Source: Candidatus Binatia bacterium (GTDB lineage Bacteria; Desulfobacterota; Binatia; Bin18). From it: 64,000 nucleotides of DNA. Of the stretch, positions 1-11,661 are shown piece by piece; position 1 is the stretch's first letter; each line of letters opens with the position of its first letter. The stretch spans positions 2,016,001 to 2,080,000 of the forward strand of contig OY761159.2 in NCBI GenBank assembly GCA_963664395.2. The letters run 5' to 3'. The translations under genes were made by a program, and so were the position numbers. The notes under the pieces were generated by a model. The model ran no database searches. It worked only from the letters and a program-made list of their open reading frames with translations, and was not told the DNA's origin.

Positions 1-9
1 CTAGGACTC

Positions 10-516
10 TTGCACCGTTATCGAAACTGGGGCCCGTTTGTCCACCATCGAGATGTCCGACCGATGCGGACGACTAGATGGGAGCTCTATCGGACTTGTG
101 GAGACTCGCGGTGCCGAAATATTGACAGAATCACCATTACCCTAGGGATGGAGTGGACCCCCGGTGGATATCTTCTCTTGGAGCAGGTGCATTGGCGCGA
201 TGACAAACCGGAAATCATCGACAAGGCGGACATCGACATCGAAGCCGCAGCATGGCGTAGCAATGAGTGGAGTATAGCGGGGAGCCACCGCCAGCCGATT
301 TGGAGGTCCCACAGAGACCCGTACTTCATCCATCCGGACCCCGACGATACCACCTTCTACTTGGAGGCGCTGGGGATCAGCCATGCGCCAAGCTCCATCA
401 ACCTCGGGGTTTGGGGCTATTATAACGGGGGTCGGGCATCTGAGGTGACCATCGACTACATCCGCGTCTTTCAGCCCCGCAACCGCTATGCGGACATGGA
501 GCCGCTGTATCAATGA
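10..516 (+). CDS. C-terminal part of a GH16/ConA-like glycoside hydrolase (probably 5'-incomplete or frameshifted)
   Basis: Ends with INLGVWG...EVTIDYIRVFQ, typical of a GH16 C-terminus; stop overlaps the next ATG (ATGA at 513-516). Confidence 0.45.
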   Translation: MHRYRNWGPFVHHRDVRPMRTTRWELYRTCGDSRCRNIDRITITLGMEWTPGGYLLLEQVHWRDDKPEIIDKADIDIEAAAWRSNEWSIAGSHRQPIWRSHRDPYFIHPDPDDTTFYLEALGISHAPSSINLGVWGYYNGGRASEVTIDYIRVFQPRNRYADMEPLYQ

Positions 517-3500
517 GAGTGCCGTCCCGTCTCCAGATCGATAACGGGGTCGCTACGCCGCTCCCGCTTCTGCTGCTGACCCTTCTCTTGGTCGTGCCGG
601 CCTCGCCCGCCCTGGGGCAAAGTCTGGTCTTCTCATCAAATACCCTCAGCGTGGCCGAAGGCGCCACGCAGACCTACACGGTGAAGCTGGCGACGCAGCC
701 GAGCGCAGACGTAACGGTCCAGATACGGAGCCTGGATAAGGGCGCCGCCACGGCGCTACCGCTCCGCATGACGTTCACGACCGTGAACTGGGACACCACA
801 CAGACGGTGACGGTGAGCGGGGTCGCAGACCCGGACAGGGTAGCCGAGACGGTGACCCTCAAACACCGAGCCTCGGGGGGCGACTACGACAATGTCACCG
901 GCGATGTGACGGCCTCCGTGACGGACGCTGCCGGCTTCACGCTGAGCTGCGGCAATACCGTAGCCGAAGACGCCACGCTGACCTGCACCCTGAGCAATCC
1001 CGGCAGCAGCGCGGTGCCGTGGCCGGGAGTCGCCATGTTTCATCTGTCCGAGGACGCGGACCGCGCCCTGGTCAGGGGCGAGGATGTCGATGTGGAATTC
1101 GACACGCTGACGCCGGCAGCCAGTGCGAACTTCGACCAGGAGCTTGAAGGCGGGGTCTGGTGGGTCGGGCGGGTGCTGGTCGCCTATGAGCGCTTCGACT
1201 GGTCCGGAAATGCCGCAGCCAGTGCGTCGCGGTCGATCCCCATCATGGCCTTGGACGACGAGCTGTATGAGGGCGACGAACAGTTCTACATCACCCTGAC
1301 GCCCGACGGCACCCGCAACGCCACGGCCCTGTACTACGACACCCATAAACAGACGATTACGGTGACCGACACCGATACCGCCGGCACCGACACCTCGCTG
1401 GCAAGTCTGGACGTCCGCGCCCCGGGGGCGGCTTCGGCGTTATCGACAACCCCGTCGGGAACATCGTACACGGCAAGCGTGGACTATAAGGTGAGCGAGG
1501 TCGTGGTCACACCCACGGCGACCCATCACGCCGCCACCATTATCGTCGGCAGTGATGAAGAAGAGGTGGAGAGCGGCGGGACCAGCAGCATTTTTCAGTT
1601 GACAGCCGGGGCCACTACCAGCATTACGGTCACGGTGACCGCCGAGGACGGCACCAGCACGCAGACCTACACCATTACGCTGACCCGTGCCAGCCAAGAC
1701 GACAACCGTAACCGTGGCGACCGACTCCTTCAGTTTGGAGTGCCCCTCTCAAGGCAGAGAGGGAACGACCCTCTCCTGTACCCTCACCAACACCGGATCA
1801 AGCCCCGAAAAGTTTCCGGTCGTGGCCCTCATCCACAGTTCCCTTGACGACGACCTCGCCACAGTTGCGGAGGACTCGATCCTGCCCGCCTCGGACTCCG
1901 CCTACCGGGATGACGTCAGCTTCCCGGCAGCGGTGCGGACCTCCAGTAACTCCGAGTACACGTATGGCTACGGAGAATTGTTCTCCGGCGGCTCCGAGGA
2001 GTATGTGACCTACGGCTACGAGAAGTACACCAGAACGGACGACGAAGACACGACAGCAACAGAAGATGAAGTTGCCGCGGGCGCCACGCGAACGGTCTCC
2101 ATTGAGCCGCAGAGCGATACGGTTGACGAAAGCGCAGAACAGTTTTACGTGGGTTTGGCACCGGCGGGCTATACGGGACTCAAGCAACTCGTGGCCAACA
2201 AGGTCCCGCTTCTCATTCTCTCTCCCGTCCCCACCGCACCGGCATTCGCGGCCTCAACCACAACGCGTAGCGTGGTCGAGAATACGCCCGCGAATCAACC
2301 CATCGGCGAGCCGGTGGCGGCTACGGACGCCGATGGCGATGGGCTGACCTACAGCCTGGGCGGAACGGATGTCGTCTCCTTCGACATCGACACCGCCAGC
2401 GGGCAGTTGAAGACCAAGGCCGCGCTGAACCATACGATCAAGAGCAGCTACAGCGTCACCGTGAGCGTAACCGACGGAGAAGATGCCGACGGCGCTGAAG
2501 AAACGACCCCGACCATAGACGACACCATCACCGTGACCATCACCGTCCTCGACGTGAACGAGCCGCCGGTCGTGAGCGGAGACCAGTGTCACCGTGAATT
2601 ACGCCGAGCACGGCACGGGCGACGTATACACCTTCAGCGCCACCGACCCGGAGAGCGACACTCTTACCTGGACCCTGACCGGGGACGACGCCGGTGCCTT
2701 CACAATCACGGCCGGTGTCCTCAGCTTCCGCTCTGCGCCCGATTACGAAGCCCCGACGGACACCGGCATGAACAACGTCTACACGGTCAGCGTGAACGTG
2801 TCCGACGGCAAGAACGCCGCCCACGAGACCGACACGACCGTCGATGCCACCGTCGCCGTGACCGTCACCGTGACCAACATTAACGAAGTGGGGGCCGTGA
2901 CCTTTGACGTGACGCAGCCGCAGGTGGGGCGAGGCATGACGGCCATGCTGATCGACCCGGACGGCGGTCTGAGCATCATCTGGACGTGGGAGCGGTCCGC
3001 CAGCCAATACCGGCCCCTGGACCGAAATCACAACGGGGTGTCGTCGTCGAGCTACACGCCGGTGGCGATCGATGGGAGTCAGTATCTGCGGGTCAGTGCA
3101 ACCTACACCGACAGCGTCGGCGGGCCGAGCGCCACGTCAGAGCCGGTGCAGGTCCTGCCCCTCCCGACGGTGTCGCTGGAGCTGTTATCGTCCGAGATCG
3201 CCGAGAGCGGCGCGGGGAACAGCACGACGGTCAGAGCACGGCTGAGCCGGATCTCACCCGCGCCGACGAGCGTGACCGTGACGGCCGGAGCGGGGGTGAC
3301 GGTGAGCGGGAATCCGCTGACGATCACAGCCGGGAGTCTGACGAGTACCTACTCGGTAACGCTCACCGCCAAGGACAACAATGTGCACGGGCCGGAGCGC
3401 AAGACCGTGGACGTGAGCGCGACGAGCGTAACCAACACCGACGGTGTCACAGGTCCGGCCTCGGTCGAGTTGACCATCACGGACGACGACGAGCCGCCGA

Positions 3501-3916
3501 TGGTGACACGCTGGCCCTGTCCCCGATTAAAATCAATGAGAGCGGCACGGGGAACAGCGCGACGGTGACGGCGAGCCTGCCTACGACATCGAGCGTATCG
3601 AGCGGTGCTATCGAACTCACGGTCGCAGCCACGCCCGTCGAGCCGGCCACGGCCGCCGACTTTATGCTGAGTTCGACCACTACGCTGACCATTCCCGCCG
3701 AGGGGCGGACGAGCAGCGGCACGGTGACGCTGACGGCGGCGGACGACACTATCGACGAGCCGGACGAGACGGTGAGCGTGGAGGCTGACGGTCACGCAGG
3801 GCACGGCCACGGCCCCGGAGGCCGTCCTGCTGACCATCGCCGACACCGACAATCCGCCGACGCTGACGCTGATACTGACGCCAGCCTCGATCAGCGAGAA
3901 CGGCGGGGTGAGCACG

Positions 3917-4421
3917 GTGACGGCCACGCTGAGTCATGCGTCGAGCGCCGCTATCGCGGTGACGGTGTCGGCGGAACCCACGGCGCCGGCCACGGCGGCA
4001 GACTTTACGCTGAGCGGGGAGACGCTGACCTTTCCGGCCGGTGACAAGACCAGCACCGGCACGGTGACGACTTTCTGACGGCGGAGAACAACGATCTCGA
4101 CACCCCGGACAAGACGGTGACGGTGAAAGGAGAGGTGGACAGCTATGGCCTGCCGGGCACGATTGCGGCGGCCACGCAGACGCTGACCATCGACGGACGA
4201 CGATGCGCCGGTGGTGACCCTGGCGTTGTCGAACAGCACGATCGACGAGGGCGAGACGGTGGATGTGACGGCCACGCTGAGTCATGAGTCGAGCGCCGAT
4301 ATCACGGTCACGCTGTCGGCGGCGGCCGTGGACCCGGCCACGGCGGCAGACTTCACGCTGAGCAGGGGGAGACACGCTGACCTTCAAGGCCGGTGACAAG
4401 ACCAGCACCGGGGAGGTGACG
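3917..4421 (+). repeat. Internal direct repeat (~3917-4069 vs ~4265-4421) encoding Calx-beta-like domains
   Basis: gtgacggccacgctgagtcatg...ccggccacggcggcagactt...ggccggtgacaagaccagcaccgg present twice. Confidence 0.8.
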
Positions 4422-6595
4422 CTGACGGCGGTGAATGACGCCGTAGACGGGCCGGAGACCAAAGAGGTGACCGTGACGGGGACGGGGCCGACCGACCGCT
4501 CGGACATCACGGTGGCGGGGCCGGTGACGCTGACGATTACGGACAACGACACCCGTGGGGTGACGCTGGACGGCGGGGGGGCAGCCGATTCCGCCGGAAG
4601 GGCTGTCGATCACGGAAGGCGACACGGGCAGCTACACCGTGGTGCTGGACTCCCAGCCGACCGCCACCGTGGACGATTGCCGTGGCGTCCGATGACACGG
4701 CGGTCCACGTGAGTCCGACACCGCTGATGTTCACCAAGAGCGACTGGAAGACGCCAAGACCGTGACGATCCGCACGGAAGACGACGCGGACGGCGATGAT
4801 CTGGAGGCGACGATTACGCACACCGTGACGGGCGGCGACTACGAAGCCAATAACGTGCCGGCGGCGGATGTGGCGGTGACCGTGACGGATGACGAGAGTC
4901 CGTCCACGGGTGCGAGTTTGAGTGTGAATCCAACTTCAGTCGGAGAGGAAGAGGAAGATGCAGGCGAGACGGTGACGGTGACCGCGACGTTGAACCGGGC
5001 CGTGCTCCAGCAACCCACCGAGGTGACCGTCTCAGTCACGTCCGGGACGGCGGTGTCAGATACCGACTTCGACGCGGTGCAGGACTTCCCCCTGACGATT
5101 CCGGCGAACGCGAAGAGCGGCACGTGCGACCTTCACCCTGACGCCGGTGAACGATGACATCCACGAGCCGAACGAGACGGTCACGGTAAGTGGCACGGCG
5201 GCGGCCCTGTCGGATGGCGTGGAATCGCGGCGACGCTGACGATCACGGACAACGACAGCCCGCCGACGCTGGACCGGCTGGAGCTGGCGGAGACCCGGAT
5301 CGAGGAGAGTGGTGAGACCACCACCCTGACGGCGGTTCTGAGTAATCCGTCGAGTGTTGAGACGGTGGTCGGGCTGACGGTGCTGGCCGGGGCGGAGGCG
5401 GTCGAGTTGAGCGCGAGTGAGCTGACCATCCCGGCAGGGGAACCAAGCGGGACGGTGACGCTGACCGGAGTGGACAAAGCGGGCTACGGGTCGCACCGCC
5501 CGGTGACGCTGCGGGGGCGGGTGACCAGCCCGGCCTTGGGCGGACGTGTGGCTCGCACGACGAAGCCACCCTGACCGTCCTGGACGACGATCCGCCCACG
5601 GTAGGGGGCAAAGCCGAAGTCAACGTCATTGAGGGGAATAGGGAGGTGGACACGTACACCGCGGCGGACCCGGCGGGGGTCAGGCTGGTGTGGGCGGTGG
5701 ACGATCCGTCAATTTTGCCATTGACTCGAACGGGCGGCTGAGATTCCAGGCGGACCCGGACCACGAGACGCAACCCTCTTACAGCGTGACGGTCGAAGCG
5801 ACCGACCGGAGCCTGCCCGACGTACCGCTCACCGGTTCTCTGGCTGTCACCGTCACGGTGCGGGACGCCCCGGGCGAGGTGAGCCTGTCGCCGTCATCAC
5901 CCCAAGTCGGGCGGGTGCTCACAGCGACCGTAACGGACCCGGACGAGGTGAAGGCAGTCACCGAGTGGTGCTGGGAGCGGTCTGACTTCTCGGACTTCCA
6001 TGCCGAGACCGATGCGCTGTCCTGTACCGCTAGCGACCTGACCACGACGGCGACCTACGTGCCGGGGAATGCGGAGGTGAACCACTACCTACGGGCCATG
6101 GCGTCCTATACCGACGGCGATGAGACGACCAAGAGCAAGCCAGTGGCAGGGGTCTCGGATAACCAAGTCACAGCCCGGCCACCCCCGCCGCCACAGACAC
6201 GGCCCACACCAAGCAGGGGCGGCGGCGGCGGGGGTGGTGGCGGGGGTGGCGAGGTCCGCGACGACCATGGCAACATGCCGGCGCAGGCGACGCGGGTCAT
6301 GCTCAACGCCGCTCGGACCGCCTCCACGCCGGGGCAGTTCCATGCCCCGGACGATGTGGATTATTTTGAGGTACTGCTCCCGCAGGCCGGGCTGTTGGCG
6401 GTCGAGACGCGCGGGACCACCGATACGGTCGGCACGGTGTGGCAGGACGGAGCCATGCTGGCACGGGCCGACCGTGGGGGGGAGGGGCAGAACTTCCGGC
6501 TGCGCACCCCGGTGACGGCCGCGCCGGTGCTGGTGGCCGTGGAGGGGCAGGGCGGGACGACCGGGGCGTATACGCTGGAGGCACGTTTGTTGAAC

Positions 6596-7450
6596 GGCTA
6601 TCTGGAGAACCCGGGGGTGGCGTCGTCCCAGAGCGGCCTCGGCCTCATTTCGGGCTGGGTGTGTGACGCCGACTTAGTGGAGATTGAGATTGGGGACTTT
6701 CTGCCGCAAGCGGCTGCGTATGGCACCGAGCGCTTGGACACGGCCGGGGTATGTGGGGACACGGACAACGGCTTTGGGTTGTTGTTCAACTGGAACTTGC
6801 TGGGCGATGGCGCGCATACGGTGGTGGCCGTCGTGGATGGGGTGGAACTCGACCGGGCGACCGTGACGGTGACGACGCTGGGGGCGGAGTTTCTGCGGGA
6901 GGTGACGGGGACGTGTACCGCCGCAGATTTCCCGACCGGGGACGAGACGGTCACCCTGGCGTGGCAACAGACACAGCAGAACTTTGTGATTGTGGACGGT
7001 CCGGCTCCTGCCAGCACCACCAACCGGGTGGGCACCCCCGGCGTGGGGTATCTGGAGAATCCGGGACCCCATTCGTTTCAGAGTGGCATTGGGGTGATTT
7101 CGGGCTGGGTGTGTGAGGGGGCCGAGGTCGTCATCGAGCTGAACGGGGCGGGCCAGCCGGCGGCGTATGGGACCGAGCGGTTGGACACGCTGGAGATGTG
7201 TGGCGACACGGACAATGGCTTTGGCCTCTTGTTCAACTGGAACCTGTTGGGAGACGGAGCCCATACCGTCGTGGCCCTAGTCGATGGGATGGAGTTAGGC
7301 CGGGCCACGGTGCAGGTGACGACGTTGGGCGTAGAGTTTCTGCGGGATGTTGAGGGCGAGTGTGTGGTCGAGGACTTCCCCATGCTGGGCGAGACGGTGC
7401 TGTTGGAGTGGCAACAGAATAGTCAGAATTTTGTCATTACGGACGTGGAG
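6596..7450 (+). repeat. ~850-bp C-terminal module, copy 1 (two tandem GYLENPG...SGWVC...FGLLFNWNLLGDG domains)
   Basis: Highly similar to 10561-11411 at DNA and protein level; internally duplicated. Confidence 0.9.
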
Positions 7451-7636
7451 TAGAGGCCCTGCTCACCCTACTGGCTGGTCTCCGCTACTTTGGCGGCCGC
7501 CCGCTCCGCCAATCTGAAAACTGCTCCATAACCTACCAGCTAACGGTAGAGGGCTACAGCCATCTTGAGGAGCTGGTCCTATCCGAATTTCACCCCAAAC
7601 AGCCTAGCGCAAATCACGCTGCTGTGTAGCCGCCCG

Positions 7637-7707
7637 CTGGATGCCGGATCACGTCCGGCATGACGAGCGCGTACGGGCACGGCTACAGACTAACGTGAAA
7701 CGCTCTC
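7637..7707. repeat. 71-bp dispersed repeat with REP-like palindrome, copy 1
   Basis: ctggatgccggatcacgtccggcatgacgag...ggctacagactaacgtgaaacgctctc; second copy at 44217-44287; hairpin atgccgga/tccggcat. Confidence 0.85.
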
Positions 7708-7945
7708 ATTTCGAGGCCAATGCCAACGGTGTAAAGATTCCTCCCATTTTGGTAGGGACATACGCGGCGGGATGGGGTAGGAAAGGTTTCGGCCCGGTGC
7801 TGCGTCAGCGTCCCGGCCAGAGGACCGATGCAAGAGGACCGCTGCAAGAGGAGAGAATAAGAATGCATGCAAGCTGAACCCGGAATCCCCCAGAGGTGTT
7901 CGATTTTTCCAGGCCGTGCTCCCCAACCACCCCGCCCGTCCCGGC

Positions 7946-10900
7946 GATGGGGCGCGGGGGCGGCACTCGTCGTGCTGGTCGCCGTGCTGGGGATTGCCAC
8001 GCCGGAAGACCTTATGCCGGGCCCAGGCCAACTTGTGGGACCGTGAGCAATGTAGGGCAGAGCGAGTCTTGATACGCAGGCAGGGTTGATGGGAAGCCGC
8101 CAACGGCGCTATGCGCCGGTCACCTCATACGACCTTGCGGCAGCCACCGTGCCGACCCCCTGGACCCTGCCCTGACCAGTATCGAGACTTCGCGCGGTTG
8201 CTCAGTACTGACCTACTGCACACCGCTACGGTGCGGGCCCTGAACAGCGGGGCCGCCCGCGTGACGGAACGCCGCAACTGACCGGGACTGGAGGTGCGCG
8301 GGCCACGTTGACTTGGCCCAATGTTGGATGCCGCTAAAAAACGCTACGTTCCGGCCTGGCGGCACTGCTTCTGGTTCTTGCTCCGCACCTCGCCGGGCGT
8401 GGCCAAGCGTCGCGCAGACCGATACCATCTGGTGAGCAGAAGGACAAACTCGTATCTGAGGGCTTGGATACCTCCTCGACGTGGCCTGGGACGACAACGG
8501 TCCGCCATGGCGTTCACCACCGGCGCGGCGTTCTATCATGAACCAGCGACGCCGTCAAGTGTCGAAACCGGTGAGGATTCCAACGAATACGGACGACAAG
8601 ACGGGCGGCCGTCTCCCTGTGCGATCCGCGGTCAACGGCACAACTGGCTGCACCATCCAACAACGATTCCGCCGCCGACAACAGCTCCTCGACGGACCTG
8701 ACTTCCTTCAAGCAATGCGCTGAGCGTGAGCCGGCCCGGACGGCACCCTTGTCTTCACCTTCTGACGCCACCAATACGACGCTCGCTTGCCAACACGACC
8801 ACGGCTCGCTGCTGGCGGACCATCGACGTGACGGACGCCGAACACCCTGCAGCGGCGCGATTCCGTGTGACGACCTAGTAACTGCGGCGACGTTACCCGC
8901 GCCGAGCGGACGAGGACGCCGGCGGCAGCGGGCTGGATGCTCGTCATCAAGGCCATCGACGCCGGGCTCACCACGCTTACCGGGCCGGTGCGAGTTGGAC
9001 CCAACCACCCTATGACGGGCGTTGCGCATACACGGAGACCATCAAGGACGCTTCGGCCAACGACGCGCCCGGCGTGGCGACCAGACGATCGACGGACCGG
9101 ACGGCGACGTATCGGGCGGCGTCCGAGTCAGCTACCGTTTCCGGCCAACGGCGTTCAACGATGTCGTGACGACGGCGGGACAGCTGACGCCTACTACACG
9201 GCCACGAAATCGACCGCCAAGGACATTACCGAGCTGCGACGCGGCCCATTCGTGGCTGGGCTTCGCCGCGGCCACGGACACGCTCGGGCGACGACGGAAG
9301 CCGCGGACGTGAAGACGGTCGCCGACACACGGTGCCGACGCGGGCGACGGCGAGCGCACCGACTCGGCTTCAGACGACACCGCACGGGCAGACAGGCACG
9401 AAGATCGTGGTCGAACGCTTGACGCAGGCACCAACAACGGGCCGCGAACCGACGGGTGGCGAACGCCCGTACCGGCCGGTGCGACGGCGGCAGCCGGGCT
9501 ATGCGTTTCACGGCCACGTAGGTTCAACGACACGACGCCGGTCGACAGCGCCTGAACCCGCCTACACGGCGACGAAATCGACGTGACGACCGTGCCGGCT
9601 GCCGCTCGTGCTGGTCGCCCACCGGCAATGTACGGGCACTTTCGGGGGCAGCTTTGGGTTGGACGCCGACGGCTCGGTAATTCACGTCCGGCGAGCAACG
9701 GCACCGACTCGTCAGCGACACCTTCGATATCGCAGGTATCGAGCCAACACCGCACCGACCGCGGCTGACAAGACGGTGACGACGGCCCACGGGAACGCTC
9801 TACAGCGGGTCCCCAACGCCGACCCGACTGTCCTACGTTGACGGCCCGGCGCAGCAAGCCGCTGGTGAGCGTGCTGATCGTGACGTGCCGGCCGTCTTCA
9901 CCCGGCGCCCTGGCGTCAACCGGCTACGGCGTGACGTGCGCCAAGAGCGATACCGATCACTTGCGGGTATCCTACCTCCTGAGCGACGGCCACGCAACCT
10001 CAAGCCACGTGGACCGGTGCGGAGACGGCGGCCCTATACGAACTTCACCTTCAAGTTCAACCGCGTAGTTTCACGACGACAGAGCGCGGGAGCGACCTTC
10101 ACGATCCGCCTCGACCAACGGCACCACGTGGTACGGGCTGACCAGCCGCATCGTCACCGCGCCCGGCGCGCCCACCGACTGACCGCGACCGCCAGCGGGC
10201 AGGTCCTGGATCGACCTCGCCTGGGCCGCCCCGATCAAGGTCCACGCACCGGCGGCCGCGCCATCACCGGCTACACGATCGAGGTCTCCCCCGACGGCAG
10301 CAGTTGGTCCGACGACCTGGTCGCCGCCACCGCAGGAGCACCGCCACCACCTACGCCCACACGGGGCTCAACGCCGGCACCACCCGCCACTACCGCGTCT
10401 CCGCCATCAACGCCGTGGGCACGTCGGACGCCTCCGACAGCAAGGAGGCCACCACCACGGCACCACAGCGACCGCCAGCCCGTGGCGTTGGGCCGGCGGT
10501 CGCCGCCGTCAGTGGTGACAGCCGTGGCGGGCACCGCCACCGCCGCCGGGCGACGTGGTGGGGTATCTGGAGAATCCGGGAGCGGCGTCCTTCCAGAGTG
10601 GGATTGGCGTCATCTCGGGCTGGGTGTGTGACGCCGACGAAGTGGAGATTGTGTTGAACGGGGAGCCGCAGGAGGCGGCGTATGGCACCGAGCGATTAGA
10701 TACCGCCGGTGTATGCGGCGACAGTGACAACGGCTTTGGCCTCTTGTTCAACTGGAACCTGCTGGGCGACGGCGAGCATGAGGTGGTGGCCCTGGTCGAT
10801 GGGGTCGAACTCGACCGGGCGACGGTGACGGTGACGACGCTGGGGACGGAGTTTCTGCGGGAGGTGACGGGGATGTGTACGGTGGAAGATTTCCCGACCA

Positions 10901-11429
10901 TGGACGAGACGGTCACCCTGGCGTGGCAACAGACACAACAGAACTTTGTGATTGTGGAGGGCGCGGCTCCTGCCGGCACCACCAACCGGACGGGCACCCC
11001 CGGCATGGGGTATCTGGAGAACCCAGGGCCGAACTCGTTTCAGAGCGGCATCGGGGTGCTGTCGGGCTGGGCGTGTGAGGGGACCGAGGTGGTCATTGAG
11101 CTGAACGGCGCGCCCCAGCCGGCGGCGTATGGCACCGAGCGGCTGGACACCGAGGAATGTGTGGGGACACGGCCAACGGATTTGGCCTCTTGTTCAACTG
11201 GAATCTGTTGGGCGAGGGGGAACATGAGGTGGTGGCGTTCGTCGATGGCGAAGAGTTAGGCCGGGCCACGGTGCGGGTGACGACGCTGGGGGCGGAGTTT
11301 GTGCGGGATGTTGAGGGAGAATGTACAGTCGAGGACTTCCCCATGCTCGGCGAGACGGTCACCTTGGAATGGCAACAGAATAGTCAGAACTTTGTCATTA
11401 CGGACGTGGAGGGAGGGAGTACCCTCTAA
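7946..11429 (+). pseudogene. Second large surface protein (FN3 domain plus the same paired C-terminal module), severely frameshifted/degenerate; 5' boundary approximate
   Basis: Signal-like hydrophobic stretch near 7960 (AALVVLVAVLGIATP); FN3 text across frames 10250-10450 (GGRAITGYTIEVSPDGSSWS...TTYAHTGLNAGTTRHYRVSAINAVGTS); ORFs 10555-11259 and 11157-11429 encode the C-terminal module. Confidence 0.65.
10561..11411 (+). repeat. ~850-bp C-terminal module, copy 2
   Basis: Matches 6596-7450; one frameshift near 11155. Confidence 0.9.
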
Positions 11430-11638
11430 TCGTTTTCCTCTTTATATATTTCCAGCCAGGCCATCTGGATGGCTTCGAGTTTGCCCTCGCTCGACTCCGC
11501 TGGGTCATCGCCGAAGTCCTCCAGGTCGGTGACCCAGCGGAGCAAATCGGTAAAACGGATGTTCAACGGATCGGTTTCGGGCTGGGCTTCGAAGAGCTGC
11601 TCGGCAATATCCTCAGGCGTGTCCCAGTATAGCTTCAT
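11426..11638 (-). CDS. iscX: Fe-S cluster assembly protein IscX (YfhJ)
   Basis: W.....IAEQL....P..DP..IRFTDL..WV..L..F.DDP....EGKLEAIQMAW; last gene of ISC operon. Confidence 0.92.
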   Translation of the reverse strand: MKLYWDTPEDIAEQLFEAQPETDPLNIRFTDLLRWVTDLEDFGDDPAESSEGKLEAIQMAWLEIYKEEND

Positions 11639-11661
11639 GACTCCCTCCCGTGCTCCGGGCG

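Larger units (their letters stand above)
513..7453 (+). pseudogene. Giant secreted/surface adhesin-like protein (cadherin-like, Calx-beta-like, PPC-like and paired C-terminal domains), broken by many frameshifts
   Basis: Signal-peptide-like N-terminus (LLLLTLLLVVPASPALG); overlapping ORFs 513-1847, 1687-2883, 2594-3568, 4416-4712, 4762-5157, 5365-5574 and 5690-7453 continue the same T/V/D-rich beta-sandwich repeats (VAATDADGDGLTYSL, APDYEAPTD, TITDDD); Pro/Gly linker then DDHGN motif. Confidence 0.8.

Noticed and set aside
7508-7629. Possible gene-tail remnant (TYQLTVEGYSHLEELV...)
   Set aside because: Too short to assign; no start or recognisable family
6596-11411. Long repeat pair as DGR template/variable region
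   Set aside because: Differences are not adenine-specific, both copies are coding C-termini, and no reverse transcriptase is in the window
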